Source: Heterodontus francisci
Taxonomy: Eukaryota
DNA length: 64,000 nucleotides
Reading direction: 5' to 3'
Assembly (NCBI RefSeq): GCF_036365525.1
Contig: NC_090409.1
Span: 39,628,437 to 39,692,436, forward strand
In this document: positions 24,070 to 35,535 of the stretch, piece after piece
How positions within the stretch are numbered: the first letter of the stretch is position 1
How the letters are laid out: each line of letters opens with the position of its first letter
Translations under genes and position numbers: made by a program
The notes under the pieces: model-generated
Databases searched by the model: none
Told to the model about the DNA's origin: nothing
What the model saw: the letters and a program-made list of their open reading frames with translations, nothing else

Positions 24070-24650
24070 AGGAAGGAAGACTTGCATTTCACTAGCGCCT
24101 TGCACCTCCTCAGGACGTCCCAAAGAGCTTCACAGACAACGAAGGACTTTTTCTGAACTGTGCTCAATGTAGGAAACGCAGCAGACAATTTGCGCACAGC
24201 AAGATCCCACAATCAGCAATGTGATAATGACCCAGATCATCTGTATTTTTTAAATTGATGTTGGTTGAGGGATAAATATTGTGCCCAGGACACCGGGGAG
24301 AACTCCCCCCACCGCCCCCCCACTCTTCTTCCAAATAGTGGCTGTGGGATCTTTTACACCCACCTGAGAGGGCAGACGGGGGCCTCGGTTTAATGTCTCA
24401 TCTGAAAGACGGCACCTCCGACAGTGCAGCACTCCCTCAGTACTGACCCTCCGACAGTGCAGCGCTCCCTCAGTACTGATCCTCCGACAGTGCACCACTC
24501 CCTCAGTACTGACCCTCCGACAGTGCAGCCCTCCCTCAGTACTGATCCTCCGACAGTGCAGCATTCCTCAGTACTGACCCTCCGACAGTGCAGCACTCCC
24601 TCAGTACTGACCCTCCGACAGTGCAGCACTCCCTCAGTACTGACCCTGCC
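24070..24650 (-). mobile_element. DeuSINE (SacSINE1-like) with 33-bp array
   Basis: Deu-domain-like gatgagacattaaaccgaggcccc...aaaagatccc on the minus strand; about 7 units. Confidence 0.85.
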
Positions 24651-24873
24651 GCCCCAGATGATTTGGGCCAGTAGCACATGACTTTGTGGGATCTTGCTGT
24701 GCACAAATTGGCTGCCACGTTTCCTACATTACAAGAGTGACTGCTTCAAAAACAGATAGTACTTCATTGGCTGTAAACCGCTTTGGAATGCCCTGTGGTT
24801 GTGAAAGGTGCTATTTAAATGCAAGGCTTGTTTCCAAGTAGCTCCAAGGTGTTCTTGCATTGTCGCCCTTTGT

Positions 24874-24940
24874 CCACTTGGTGGCGCAGTCGCGCAGTTT
24901 CTATTGGCCGGTTGAGCTGGACAGCGGCGCCATCTACTGG
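24874..24940. promoter_or_regulatory. Two oppositely oriented CTCF-like motifs
   Basis: CCACTTGGTGGCGC (+, 24874-24887) and CCAGTAGATGGCGC (-, 24927-24940). Motif match only. Confidence 0.5.
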
Positions 24941-25735
24941 CTGAACCCCTTTAATACAGGAACAAGACTCTGGGTCGATCCGACTGAACCCCTTTAATAC
25001 GGGAACCGGACTCTGGGTCGATCCGACTGAACCCCTTTAATACAGGAACCAGACTCTGGGTCGGTCCGACTGAACCCCTTTAATACGGGAACCGGACTCT
25101 GGGTCGATCCGACTGAACCCCTTTAATACAGGAACCGGACTCTGGGTCGATCCGACTGAACCCCTTTAATACAGGAACCGGACTCTGGGTCGATCCGACT
25201 GAACCCCTTTAATACAGGAACCGGAGTCTCGGTCGATCCGACTGAACCCCTTTAATACAGGAACCGGACTCTGGGTCGATCCGACTGAACCCCTTTAATA
25301 CGGGAACCGGACTCTGGGTCGATCCGACTGAACCCCTTTAATACAGGAACCGGACTCTGGGTCGATCCGACTGAACCCCTTTAATACAGGAACCGGACTC
25401 TGGGTCGATCCGACTGAACCCCTTTAATACAGGAACCGGACTCTGGGTCGATCCGACTGAACCCCTTTAATACAGGAACCGGACTCTGGGTCGATCCGAC
25501 TGAACCCCTTTAATACAGGAACCGGACTCTGGGTCGATCCGACTGAACCCCTTTAATACAGGAACCGGACTCTGTGTCGATCCGACTGAACCCCTTTAAT
25601 ACGGGAACCGGACTCTGGGTTGATCCGACTGAACCCCTTTAATACAGGAACCGGACTCTGGGTCGATCCGACTGAACCTCTTTAATACAGGAACCGGACT
25701 CTGGGTCGATCCGACTGAACCCCTTTAATACAGGA
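24941..25735. repeat. 43-bp minisatellite (~18.5 units)
   Basis: Unit ctgaacccctttaatacaggaaccggactctgggtcgatccga; highly homogeneous. Confidence 0.95.
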
Positions 25736-26420
25736 GCCAAAACAACGACAACTTACATTTAAATAGCCCCTGTAACATAGTACAACATCTCACAGAAGCG
25801 ATCAGGAGAAAAATTCTGACCCTGAGCCACATAAAGAGATATTCAGGACCGGCGACAAAAAAGCTCGGTCAAAGAGGTCGGTTTTTAAGGAGCGTCTTAA
25901 AGGAGGAGAGAGAGAGAGAGGCGGAGAGGTTTAGGGAGGGAATTCCAGAGCGTCGGGTCCCAGGCAGCTGAAGGCACGGCCACCAATGGTGGAGCGATGG
26001 GAATCGGGGGATGGGCGAGAGGGCGGAATTGGAGGAGGTTACAGAGATAGGGAGAGGTGTAGGGGCTGGAGGAGGTTACAGAGATAGGGAGGGTTGTCGG
26101 GGCTGGAGGAGGTTACAGAGATAGGGAGGGTTGTCGGGGCTGGAGGAGGTTACAGAGATTGGAGGGTTGTCGGGGCTGGAGGAGGTTACAGACACAGGGA
26201 GGGAGTCAAGGATGGAGGGATTTGAAAACACAGATGTGAATTTTAAACTCGATGTGTTACCGGACTGGGAGTCAGTGTTGGTCGGTGAGTAACAGGGGGT
26301 GACGGGTGAATGGGACTGGGTACGAGTTTGGACACGTGGGCAGCAGAGTTTGGAATGAGCTGAAGTTTACAGAGGGTGGGAGATGGGGAACGGGACAGGA
26401 GACGCTGGAATTGTCCCGTG
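25736..26420 (-). mobile_element. L2-type LINE 3' end with a short 37-bp array
   Basis: Typical L2 3' sequence (tgccttcagctgcctggg...ctctggaattccctccctaaacc) on the minus strand. Confidence 0.75.
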
Positions 26421-26455
26421 TGACCTCTCCCCCTGGTGTTCTGTATTCTCTTTAC

Positions 26456-26663
26456 CTGGTGAGTGGCGTCAGTTGTTTTTGCTGCTGTTTTCTCAGCTGG
26501 CTGCCCTCTGACACGCTCCTCTTCATCGCACGACGTGTCCGAGTGGTAGTCGGACGTACTGCAGTCCGAGGAGTCACTGTCCCGCTCAGAATCCAACGAT
26601 CCCTCCTTCCTGGTTTCTGGTTCAAACTGAGCGACAGTGAAGGGCTGACTCCCTTCCCCAGAC
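26456..26663 (-). CDS. BTG3/BTG4-family gene, third coding exon (SGEGSQPFTVAQF...TSDYHSDTSCDEE...THQ)
   Basis: cctgcag| ... cag|gtaaag, 208 nt, phase 2 to 0. Confidence 0.9.
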
Positions 26664-27451
26664 CTGCAGGAAATCAACACCAGGACTTGGAGTGAATCCG
26701 TTCAGGAAGAACATCCCAGAGATAAACCACAAACTACACAACCCAGGTTTCCCATAAGGAGAAGGAGAGAAGCAGCAAGGGCCACAGTCAGTCTGTGAGA
26801 GAGGGACAGAAGGAAAAGAGAGAGAGAGGGGGACACAGAACGAAAGAGTGAGTGGGGGCGGAGTGAAGGGGGAAAACAGAGAGCCAATTAGTCCCCACTC
26901 TCCCCCCGCTGCTCTTTCCCCCATCGTCCTGCAAATTTTTCCCTTCCAGTATTTCTCCAATTCCCCCTTTTGAAAGTTACTATTGAATCTGCTTCCACCG
27001 CCCTTTCAGGCAGCGCGTTCCAGATCACAACAACTCACTGTGTCAAAAACATTCTCCTCATCTCCCCCTCCGGTTCTTTTACCCATTATCCTCAATCTGT
27101 GTCCCTCTGGTTACCGACCCTCCTGTCACTGGGAACAGTTTCTCCTCATTTACTCCATCGAAACCCCCTGATGATTTTGAAGGCCTCGATTCAATCTCCC
27201 CCTTAACCTTCTCTGCTCTAAGGAGAACAATCCCAGCTTCTCCCAGTCTCTCCTCATTAACTGAAGTCCCTAATCCCTGGGACCATTCCAGTAACTCTCC
27301 CTCCGCACCCTCTCCAAGGACTCGACATCCGTCCTAGAGTGTGTGGCGACTGGATTTGGACACAGTTCTCCAGCTGAAGTTGATCCAGAGGAATCCTTGC
27401 GTTAGCCTGTGCTGTCACCATGTTGTTAAACTATCTCAGGTTAAGTCTCAC

Positions 27452-27589
27452 CTGCACCACACCTCCTTTGGGTCAATCCACAGGGTAATCTCTTTGGGAA
27501 GTCTCAATTGGCTGTATTCCAGTTCACAGTCCTGGCAAGCTAGCAGCAATGATGGGTCTGTCTTCTGTTTTTTGTTTATTCGGATGCAT
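27452..27589 (-). CDS. BTG3/BTG4-family gene, second coding exon (CIRINKKQKTDP...LPKEITLWIDPKEVWCR)
   Basis: 138 nt, phase 2/2; end of BTG/Tob Box A and Box B. Not in the ORF track. Confidence 0.95.
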
Positions 27590-27649
27590 CTATGAAGAAA
27601 AGGGAGAAATATCAACAGAGATAAGGGGGACAGACGTCAGACGATCATC

Positions 27650-28745
27650 CGAAACTCTCTCCTGTCCGAACTCGCACCCGGTCTCGTTCACCCATCACCC
27701 CGTTACTCACTGACCTACACTGGCTCCCGGTCCGGCAACACCTCGAGTTTACAATTCTCATCCGTGTTTTCAAATCCCTCCATGGCCTCCTCTCCCTCCT
27801 TCCTATCTCTGTAACCTCCTCCAGTCCCTACGACCCTCCCTATCTCTCTAACCTCCTCCAGCCCCAACAACCCTCCCTATTTCTGTAACCTCCTCCAGCC
27901 CCTACAACCCTCCCTATCTCTGTAACCTCCTCCAGTCCCTACGACCCTCCCTATCTCTGTAACCTCCTCCAGCCCCAACAACCCTCCCTATCTCTGTAAC
28001 CTCCTCCAGCCCCAACAACCCTCCCTATTTCTGTAACCTCCTCCAGCCCCTACAACCCTCCCTATCTCTGTAACCTCCTCCAGTCCCTACGACCCTCCCT
28101 ATCTCTGTAACCTCCTCCAGCCCCAACAACCCTCCCTATCTCTGTAACCTCCTCTAGCCCCTATAATCCTCCCTATCTCTGTAACCTCCTCCAGCCCCTA
28201 CAACCCTCCCTATCTCTGTAACCTCCTCCAGCCCTGACACGCCTCCCTATCTCTGTAACCTCCTCCAGCCCCTACAACCCTCCCTATCTCTGTAACCTCC
28301 TCCAGCCGCTACAACCCTCCCTATCTCTGTAACCTCCTCCAGCCCCTACAACCCTCCCTATCTCTGTAACCTCCTCCAGCCCCTACAACCCTGCCTATCT
28401 CTGTAACCTCCTCCAGCCCCGACAACCCTCCCCATCTCTGTAACCTCCTCCAGCCCCATCAACCCTCCCCATCTCTGTAACCTCCTCCAGCGCCTGGGGC
28501 CCGAAGCTCTGGATTCCCTCCCTAAACATCTCCACCTCTCTCTCCCTCCTTCAACACACTCCTTAAAAACTGACCTATCTGACCGAGATTTTGGTCACCT
28601 GTCCCGAATATCTCCAGATGTGGTTCAGGGTCAGAATATGTCTGATTTACACTCCTGAGAAGCGCCTTGGGATATTTTACTACGTTAACAGTGCTATATC
28701 AATGCAGGTTGTTGGTTTGCTTCTTGTATTAAAGGGGTTTAGCCA
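27650..28745 (+). mobile_element. L2-type LINE 3' end with 37-bp array (~27800-28490)
   Basis: ctgacctacactggctcccggtcc... L2 tail; array unit ctgtaacctcctccagcccctacaaccctccctatct. Confidence 0.8.
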
Positions 28746-29000
28746 GTACAGCACTCCTTCAGTACTGACCCGCCGACAGTGCAGCACTCCCTCAGTACTG
28801 ACCCTGCAACAGTGCAGCACTCCCTCAGTACTGACCCTGCAACAGTGCAGCACTCCCTCAGTACTGACCCTGCAACAGTGCAGCACTCCCTCAGTACTGA
28901 CCCTGTAACAGTGCAGCACTCCCTTGGTACTGACCCTGCAACAGTGCAGCGCTCCCTCAGAACTGACCCTCCGACAGTGCGGCACTCCCTCGGTACTGAT
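28745..29000 (-). repeat. 33-bp SINE-derived minisatellite (~7 units)
   Basis: Units cagtgcagcactccctcagtactgaccctgcaa. Confidence 0.9.
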
Positions 29001-29349
29001 ACTGGGTGTGCCAGCCTGGATTATGGGGTTTAAGTCTCTGGATAGGGAAGTCGAGCCCAACTTGTGATCTCACTGAGGTCCCCTCTGCCCTCTCAGGTGG
29101 ATGTGAAGATCCCAGGGCACGATTTGAAAATCAAAGGGAGTTCTCCCTGATGTTTTGGTGAATATTTTATGCATTTAAAGGGAAGCTGGATTAACACACG
29201 AGGGAGAAAAGAATAGAAGGATATGGTGACAGGGTGAGACGGAGAGAGGGTGGAGCAGAAACACCAGCACGGAGCAGAGGGGCCAAATGTACTCTCCCCG
29301 CACTGGAACATTCACGGTGAGCTACTGAGAAGCTGCACTGATTGGTTAC

Positions 29350-29522
29350 CTGTACGCTTGACCTTTGCTGGGATTGGCTGGGTACCAGTGACCCTGGTAT
29401 TTTTGATGGAGGACTCGTTTGAGCTTCTTCCCGAACTCCTCGATCTTTTCCTGCTGGAGCCCGCTGCGTCTCCTCATCAAACTGAGCAGGAACAAGACCC
29501 CAGCTCCGATCTCTTCCTTCAT
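29350..29522 (-). CDS. BTG3/BTG4-family gene, first coding exon (MKEEIGAGVLF...HWYPANPSKGQAYR)
   Basis: BTG/Tob N-terminus and Box A; acceptor at 29538, donor ag|gtaacc; 173 coding nt. Whole CDS 723 nt, 240 aa. Orthology (BTG3, BTG4 or other) unresolved. Confidence 0.95.
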
Positions 29523-30234
29523 CCCTGTCCCGATGTGCCTGCAGGGTGCAAAATGAACTGGGTTAGAGCGCATTCCAGGGTGGGAATGGGAATACTCGCT
29601 GGAAACACCGGTGTGTGTGTGCGCGCATACACCCTCCCCCTCAGCCGCTCTTTTACTCGGGATTCTGGAGCAGTGAGGGCCGGCGGGCTATCCGACTGTG
29701 GGGGGCATCACTCACAAGCCCAATCCAGTGTCCATTTGACCAACGACTTGCATTTCTACAGCGCCTTTCACCACCTCAGCCAAATGAAGTAATTTTGTTT
29801 GGAAATGTAGTCACCGTTGTAAGGCAGCAGACCAATTTGCACACAGCAAGATCCCACAGAGAACCATGTCACAATGACCCAGGGTCATCTGTTTTTTTGT
29901 AAAATCTTAAAGCGATGTTGGTCAAGGGTTACATTGGACCCTGGACTTTAAACAGGGAGCTTTGGAAAGGTAAACAATAGATAGAGTCAGGAAGCCCATC
30001 CCAGACAGCTGCAGCCTCTCACGGTTGAATAGCAAGAGAACTGCACCCCTCCCCCCACTTCTGCATTTTGGACAGAGTGTTACATTTCTTGGTCAACCTG
30101 CCTTCACATTCTGTTACAGTCAAGGGAGAGGCAATCCTCCACCCAGATTTCAGCAGCTCACTTTAAAAACACAGTTTACCAAACTGCGAGGGAGCAGATC
30201 TCCGAGTCAGTGTCTGCCTGAACAGCGAGTCAGC

Positions 30235-31290
30235 GTCTCAGTGCATCGTGCGCTCACTTGTGAGTCAGATATTTGTGGGTTTGAGTCCCCGCTACAAAGA
30301 CCTGGAGCCCATAATCTAGGCTGACATTTCTAGGGCTAGTGCTGAGGGAGCACTGCCCTGTTGGAGGAGCTGCGCGGAGTGAGTGCCCGTCATCGGAGGG
30401 TCAGTACTGAGGGCGTGCTGCACTGTCGGAGAGACAGTACTGAGGGGGTGCTGCACTGTCGGAGGGGCAGTACTGAGGGGGTGCTGCACTGTCGGAGGGG
30501 CAGTACTGAGGGGGTGGCTGCACTGTTGGAGAGGCAGTACTGAGGGGGTGCTGCACTGTCGGAGAGGCAGTACTGAGGGGGTGCTGCACTGTCGGAGAGG
30601 CAGTACTGAGGGGGTGCTGCACTGTCGGAGAGGCAGTACTGCGGGGGTGCTGCACTGTCGGAGGGGCAGTACGGAGGGAGTGCTGCACTGTCGGAGGGTC
30701 AGTATTGAGGGAGTGCTGCACTGTCGGAGTGTCAGTACTGAGGGAGTGCTGCACTGTCAGAGGGTCAGTACTGAGGGAGCGCTGCACTGTCGGAGGGTCT
30801 GTACTGAGGGAGTGCTGCACTGTCGGAGGGTCAGTACTGAGGGAGTGCTGCACTGTCGGAGGGTCAGTACTGAGGGAGTGCTGCACTGTCGGAGGGTCAG
30901 TACTGAGGGAGTGCTGCACTGTCGGAGGGTCAGTACTGAGGGAGTGCTGCACTGTCAGAGATGCCGTCTTTCAGATGAGACATTAAACCAAAACCCCCGT
31001 CTGCCCTCTCAGGTGGGTGTAAAAGATCCCACGGCCACTATTTGGAAGAAGAGCGAGGGGGGGGGGGGGGGGGGGGGGGAGTTCTCCCCGGTGTCCTGGG
31101 GACAATATTTATCCCTCAACCAACATCACTGAAAAAAAACAGACGATCTGGGTCATTATCCCATTGCTGTTTGTGGGATCTTGCTGTGCACAAATCTGCA
31201 TTTCCGGCATCACAACAGTGACCACACTTCAAATCAAAGTACTTCATTGGCTGTGAAGCACTTTGGGACGTCCGCAGGTGGGGAAAGGAG
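30235..31290 (+). mobile_element. Full-length DeuSINE (SacSINE1-like) with ~17-unit 33-bp array
   Basis: tRNA-like head, array ~30395-30960, Deu domain, tail aagtacttcattggctgt. Confidence 0.85.
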
Positions 31291-31897
31291 TTACTTTGAC
31301 TGACGTCAGGGTCTTTTAACAAGCTCACACCTCTATCTCCACCTCACTATCACCTCCTCCCCTCACTCTCTACGATACATGGGGATTTCCCAAATACAAG
31401 AGTTCCTGCTGTGTGTTAAAAATAAAACACAGATACTCCTCTGTTTCCATTCAGGAAAGGGACAATAACTGCAATATTTCACAGTGGAATCAACGAGAGG
31501 GTCGATAACATACACACACACACACACACACACAGACTCCTGGGCTTCCAGTAAGTGAGATCTCCAAACAGTCCCCAATTTCCACAACCTTTCCCAAATC
31601 ATTCACAATTCCTCAAAGACATTCCAGTTCAGCAATCCCACAATAAGCATCAATCCACACTGAAGGAATCCAAAATGATCCTTATAGACAGATCTCCCCG
31701 TCCATACAGGCTGAAACGTATGAATGAAGGTGTCCACGTGGAAATACAGGGGACCAGAAGGTATCACTTTGAGAATTCAGTTTAACAGAAATTATTCTGC
31801 AATCGTCCGTAAATAAACACAATTCCACACTCTTCTCAAACTCTCAAACATTCCACGTAGAAATTATTCACCAAAATGTTAGGAGAAAGATACTAAC

Positions 31898-32150
31898 AGA
31901 TAATTCCAGGTTATTTTCTGTTCCTGTCAGTGAATTCGAAGCGAGCAAACCTCCTGGGGGAAAAGTTTGAAAAACTTTTTGAAAAGTTTGCCAAACTTTT
32001 CTTTCGTTGTTTTTTTTCCCCCCCCCGCGAATATGAAGTTCTTTTCCTGCTACAGAGCTGCTCCTGGTCCGGACTTCACAAAACTAGACGCTGAAAATGT
32101 GTCTCGAAACGTGCTGAGCGTGAAGAGAGTTTTCGTAAACTGACTGCGAT
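31898..32150 (-). other. Candidate non-coding first exon (5' UTR) of the BTG gene
   Basis: Unique sequence downstream (minus strand) of the promoter, ending at donor tct|gttagt (31897). TSS unknown. Confidence 0.45.
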
Positions 32151-32164
32151 CAATTGCCTGAAAC

Positions 32165-32275
32165 TTGCATCAGGAAGAATGATTCATTCTGTGTCACCCA
32201 GGGGGCGGGGCCAGGGGGCGTCCCCAAACGTCACTAGCCATATAAGGGCTGATCTTCCGTCGCCACGCCCCTGTC
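32165..32275 (-). promoter_or_regulatory. BTG promoter: GC box, CRE-like site, CArG box, ETS site
   Basis: GGGGCGGGGC ~32202, AACGTCA 32227-32233, CCATATAAGG 32238-32247, CTTCCG 32254-32259, CCACGCCC 32263-32270. Confidence 0.6.
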
Positions 32276-32319
32276 TGTTCTGAAAGGCGTCCGGGCCATT
32301 GTTATGAATTTACTCAAAA

Positions 32320-33210
32320 GAAGGACTTGCATTTCTCCAGCGCCTGTCACCACCCCAGGACGTCCCAAAGTGCTTCACACCCAATGAATTATTTTTGAAG
32401 TGTGCTCACTGTTGTAATGCAGGAAACGCGGCAGCCAATTTGCACACAGCAAGATCCCATAAACAGCAATGTGATAATGACCCAGATCATCTGTTTTTTT
32501 TAGTGATGTTGCTTGAGGGATAAATATTGTCCCCAGGACACCGGGGAGAACTCCCCCCCCCCCCTCCGCTCTTCTTCCAAATAGTGGCCGTGGGATCTTT
32601 TACACCCACCTGAGAGGGCAGACGGGGGCCTCGGTTTAATGTCTCATCTGAAAGATGACACCTCTGACAGTACTCTGGCACTCCCTCAGTACTGACCCTC
32701 CGACAGTGCGGCACTCCCTCAGTACTGACCCTCCGACAGTGCGGCACTCCCTCAGTACTGACCCTCCGACAGTGCGGCACTCCCTCAGTACTGACCCTCC
32801 GACAGTGCAGCACTCCCTCAGTACTGACCCTCCGACAGTGCAGCACCCACAGTACTGACCCTCCGACAGTGCGGCACTCCCTCAGTACTGACCCTCCGAC
32901 AGTGCAGCACCCACAGTACTGACCCTCCGACAGTGCGGCACTCCCTCAGTACTGACCCTCCGACAGTGCGGCACTCCCTCAGTACTGACTCTCCGACAGT
33001 GCGGCACTCCCTCGGTACTGACCCTCCGACAGTGCAGCACTCCCTCAGTACTGACCCTCCGACAGTGCAGCACTCCCTCAGTACTGACCCTCCGACAGTG
33101 CGGCACTCCCTCAGTACTGACCCTCTGACAGTGCAGCACCCACAGTACTGACCCTCCGACAGTGCGGCACTCCCTCAGTACTGACCCTCCCACAGTGCAG
33201 CGCTCCCTCA
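32320..33210 (-). mobile_element. DeuSINE with ~16-unit 33-bp array
   Basis: Same family as 30235-31290, opposite strand. Confidence 0.85.
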
Positions 33211-33269
33211 CTGGGGGGGTTCCTGACTTTCTTTGCTGCCCGCTGTGCTACAACTGACACACGACAGCT

Positions 33270-33835
33270 TTACAAAGCCCAGGTTAGACCACACCTGGAG
33301 TTACCCTGGAGCAGTTCTGGGCCCCACACCTTCGGAATGAGTTTTTGTCCTTGGAGGGAGTGCAGTGTAGATTTACCAGAGTGATACCTGGACACCAAGG
33401 GTTAAATTCCAAGGAGAGGTTACACAAACCCGGGGTGTATTCCTGGGAATTTAGAAGGTTAAGGGGCGATTTGATCGAAGATTTTGGGATCTGAAGGGGG
33501 AGCTGATAGGGTCAATAGAGAGAAACTATTCCCGGTGGTTGGGGAATCTCAGACTTGGGGGCCGAGCCTAAAAATTGGAGCCAGACCTTTTCAGGATTGA
33601 AATTCGGAAACACTTCCACACACAAAGGGTGGGAGAAGTTTGGAATTCTCTTCCACAAATTGATGTCTGGATCAATTGTTAATTTTAAATCAGGGATTGA
33701 TCGTTTTTTTGTTAACCAAACGTATTAAGGGATACGGGGCAAAGGCGGGAATATGGAGTTAGATCACAGATCAGCCACGATCTCATTGAATGTCGGGACA
33801 GTCTCGAGGGGCTGAATGGCCTCCTCCTGTTCTGA
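33270..33835 (+). mobile_element. CR1 3' fragment
   Basis: agaccacacctggag...ggggctgaatggcctcctcctgtt tail. Confidence 0.7.
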
Positions 33836-33999
33836 CGGTTGCTAAGGAGGGATTTGAGGCCTAGCTGTCAATTGGGAAAGACAGCCTGAATGCCTGGATA
33901 CGAGAGGCGGCCCGGGGGAGGAGTCAGTGTGTGCTGGGGTGGGGAGACACTGAATCGGGCGGAGGGGTCAGAGAATGAGGGACTGAAACTTTGAGAAAC

Positions 34000-34160
34000 G
34001 GGGAATTCTCCCTCTCCAGAACTGGGAATTTCCCGCGCCCCCCCCGCCCACCCCGTCCCTGCCACCCCAGACCAGGAACTGAAATTGGGAATTCCCTGGC
34101 CTGTTGCTTCAACAATGAGAATCGACTGGGATCGTCTGGGCAGCTGGTCTGGGAATTTCC
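34000..34160. promoter_or_regulatory. NF-kB site cluster plus ETS-IRF composite element
   Basis: GGGAATTTCC 34024-34033 and 34151-34160, GGGAATTCCC 34087-34096, GGGAATTCTC 34001-34010, GGAACTGAAA 34075-34084. Confidence 0.5.
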
Positions 34161-34409
34161 CTCCCTGTCTACTCTCTACTTGAACACACACCAGGAAACA
34201 AGGGAGGCCGAGGCCGGGGCCTCAAGCTGCGAGGAGAATTCGGTGTCCTGGGAAGACTGGGTTGTGATCGGGCTCCTTCCTCCTCCAATCCGTCCGGCTG
34301 GGGGAATACCTCCTCAATTAATGCTGAGGCTGCCGTCTGACCCCCTCCATCAGGCTCCCTCTCACCGTCCAAGCCTTGGAGAGGGTGAGGAGGAAATTTA
34401 CTGGAATAC

Positions 34410-35535
34410 ATAGGAACATACGAATTAGGGGCAGGAGTAGGCCACTCAGCCCTTTGAGCCCGCTCCGCCATTCAATAAGTTCATGGCTGAACTGATTACT
34501 CCACATTTCCACCTACCCCCGATAACCTTTCACCCCCTTGCTTATCAAGAATCTATCTACCTCTGCCTTAAAAATATTCAAAGACTCTGCTTCCACTGCC
34601 TTTTGAGGGAGAGAATTCCAAAGACTCACAACCCTCAGAGGAAAAAATTTCTCCTCATCTCTGTCTTTCATGGGCGACCCCTTATTTTTAAACAGTGACC
34701 CCTAGTTCTAGATTCTCCCACATGGGGAAACATCCTTTCCATATCCACCCGAACAAGACCCTCAGGATTTTATATGTTTCAATCAAGTTGCCTCTTACTC
34801 TTCTAAACCCCAGTGGACACAAGCCGAGCCTGTCCAACCTTTCCTCATAAGACAGCCCGTCCATTCCAGATATTAGTCTAGTAAACCTTCTCTGTACTGC
34901 CTCCAACACATTTACATCCGTCCTTAAATAAGGAGACCAGTACTGTACACAGTACTCCAGATGTGGTCTCACCAATGCACAGTATAGCTGAAGCATAACC
35001 TCCCTACTTTTATATTCAATTCCCCTCGTGATAAACAATAACATTCTATTAGCTTTCCTAATTACTTGCTGTACCTGCATACTCACCTTTTGCGATTCAT
35101 GCACTAGGACACCAAATCCCTTTGGATCTCCGAGCTCTGCAATTTCTTACCATTCAGATAATATGCTGCTTTTTTATTCTTCCTGCCAAAGTGGACAATT
35201 TCCCACTTTCCCACATTATACTCCATTTGCCAGGTCTTTGTCCACTCACTTAACCTATCTATATCCCTTTGTAGCCTCCTTATGTCATCTTCACAAGTTA
35301 CTTTCCTACCTATCTTTGTGTAATCAGCAAATTTAGCAACCATACCTTCTGTCCCTTCATCTCAGTCATTTATATAAATTGTAAAAAGTTGAGGCCCCGA
35401 CACAGATCCCTGTGACACACCACTCGTTACATCTTGCCAACCAGAAAATAGCCCATTTATGCCTACTCTCTGTTTCCTGTTAGATAACCAATCTTCTATC
35501 CATGCCAATATGTTACCCCCTACACCATGAGCTTT
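34410..35535 (-). mobile_element. CR1 RT 3' fragment
   Basis: KFADYTK, LVRPHLEYCVQYWSPY motifs. Confidence 0.85.

Noticed and set aside
24941-25735. CRISPR-like appearance of regular repeats (also the 33-, 37- and 81-bp arrays)
   Set aside because: Head-to-tail units without unique spacers, no cas genes, eukaryotic intronic context.
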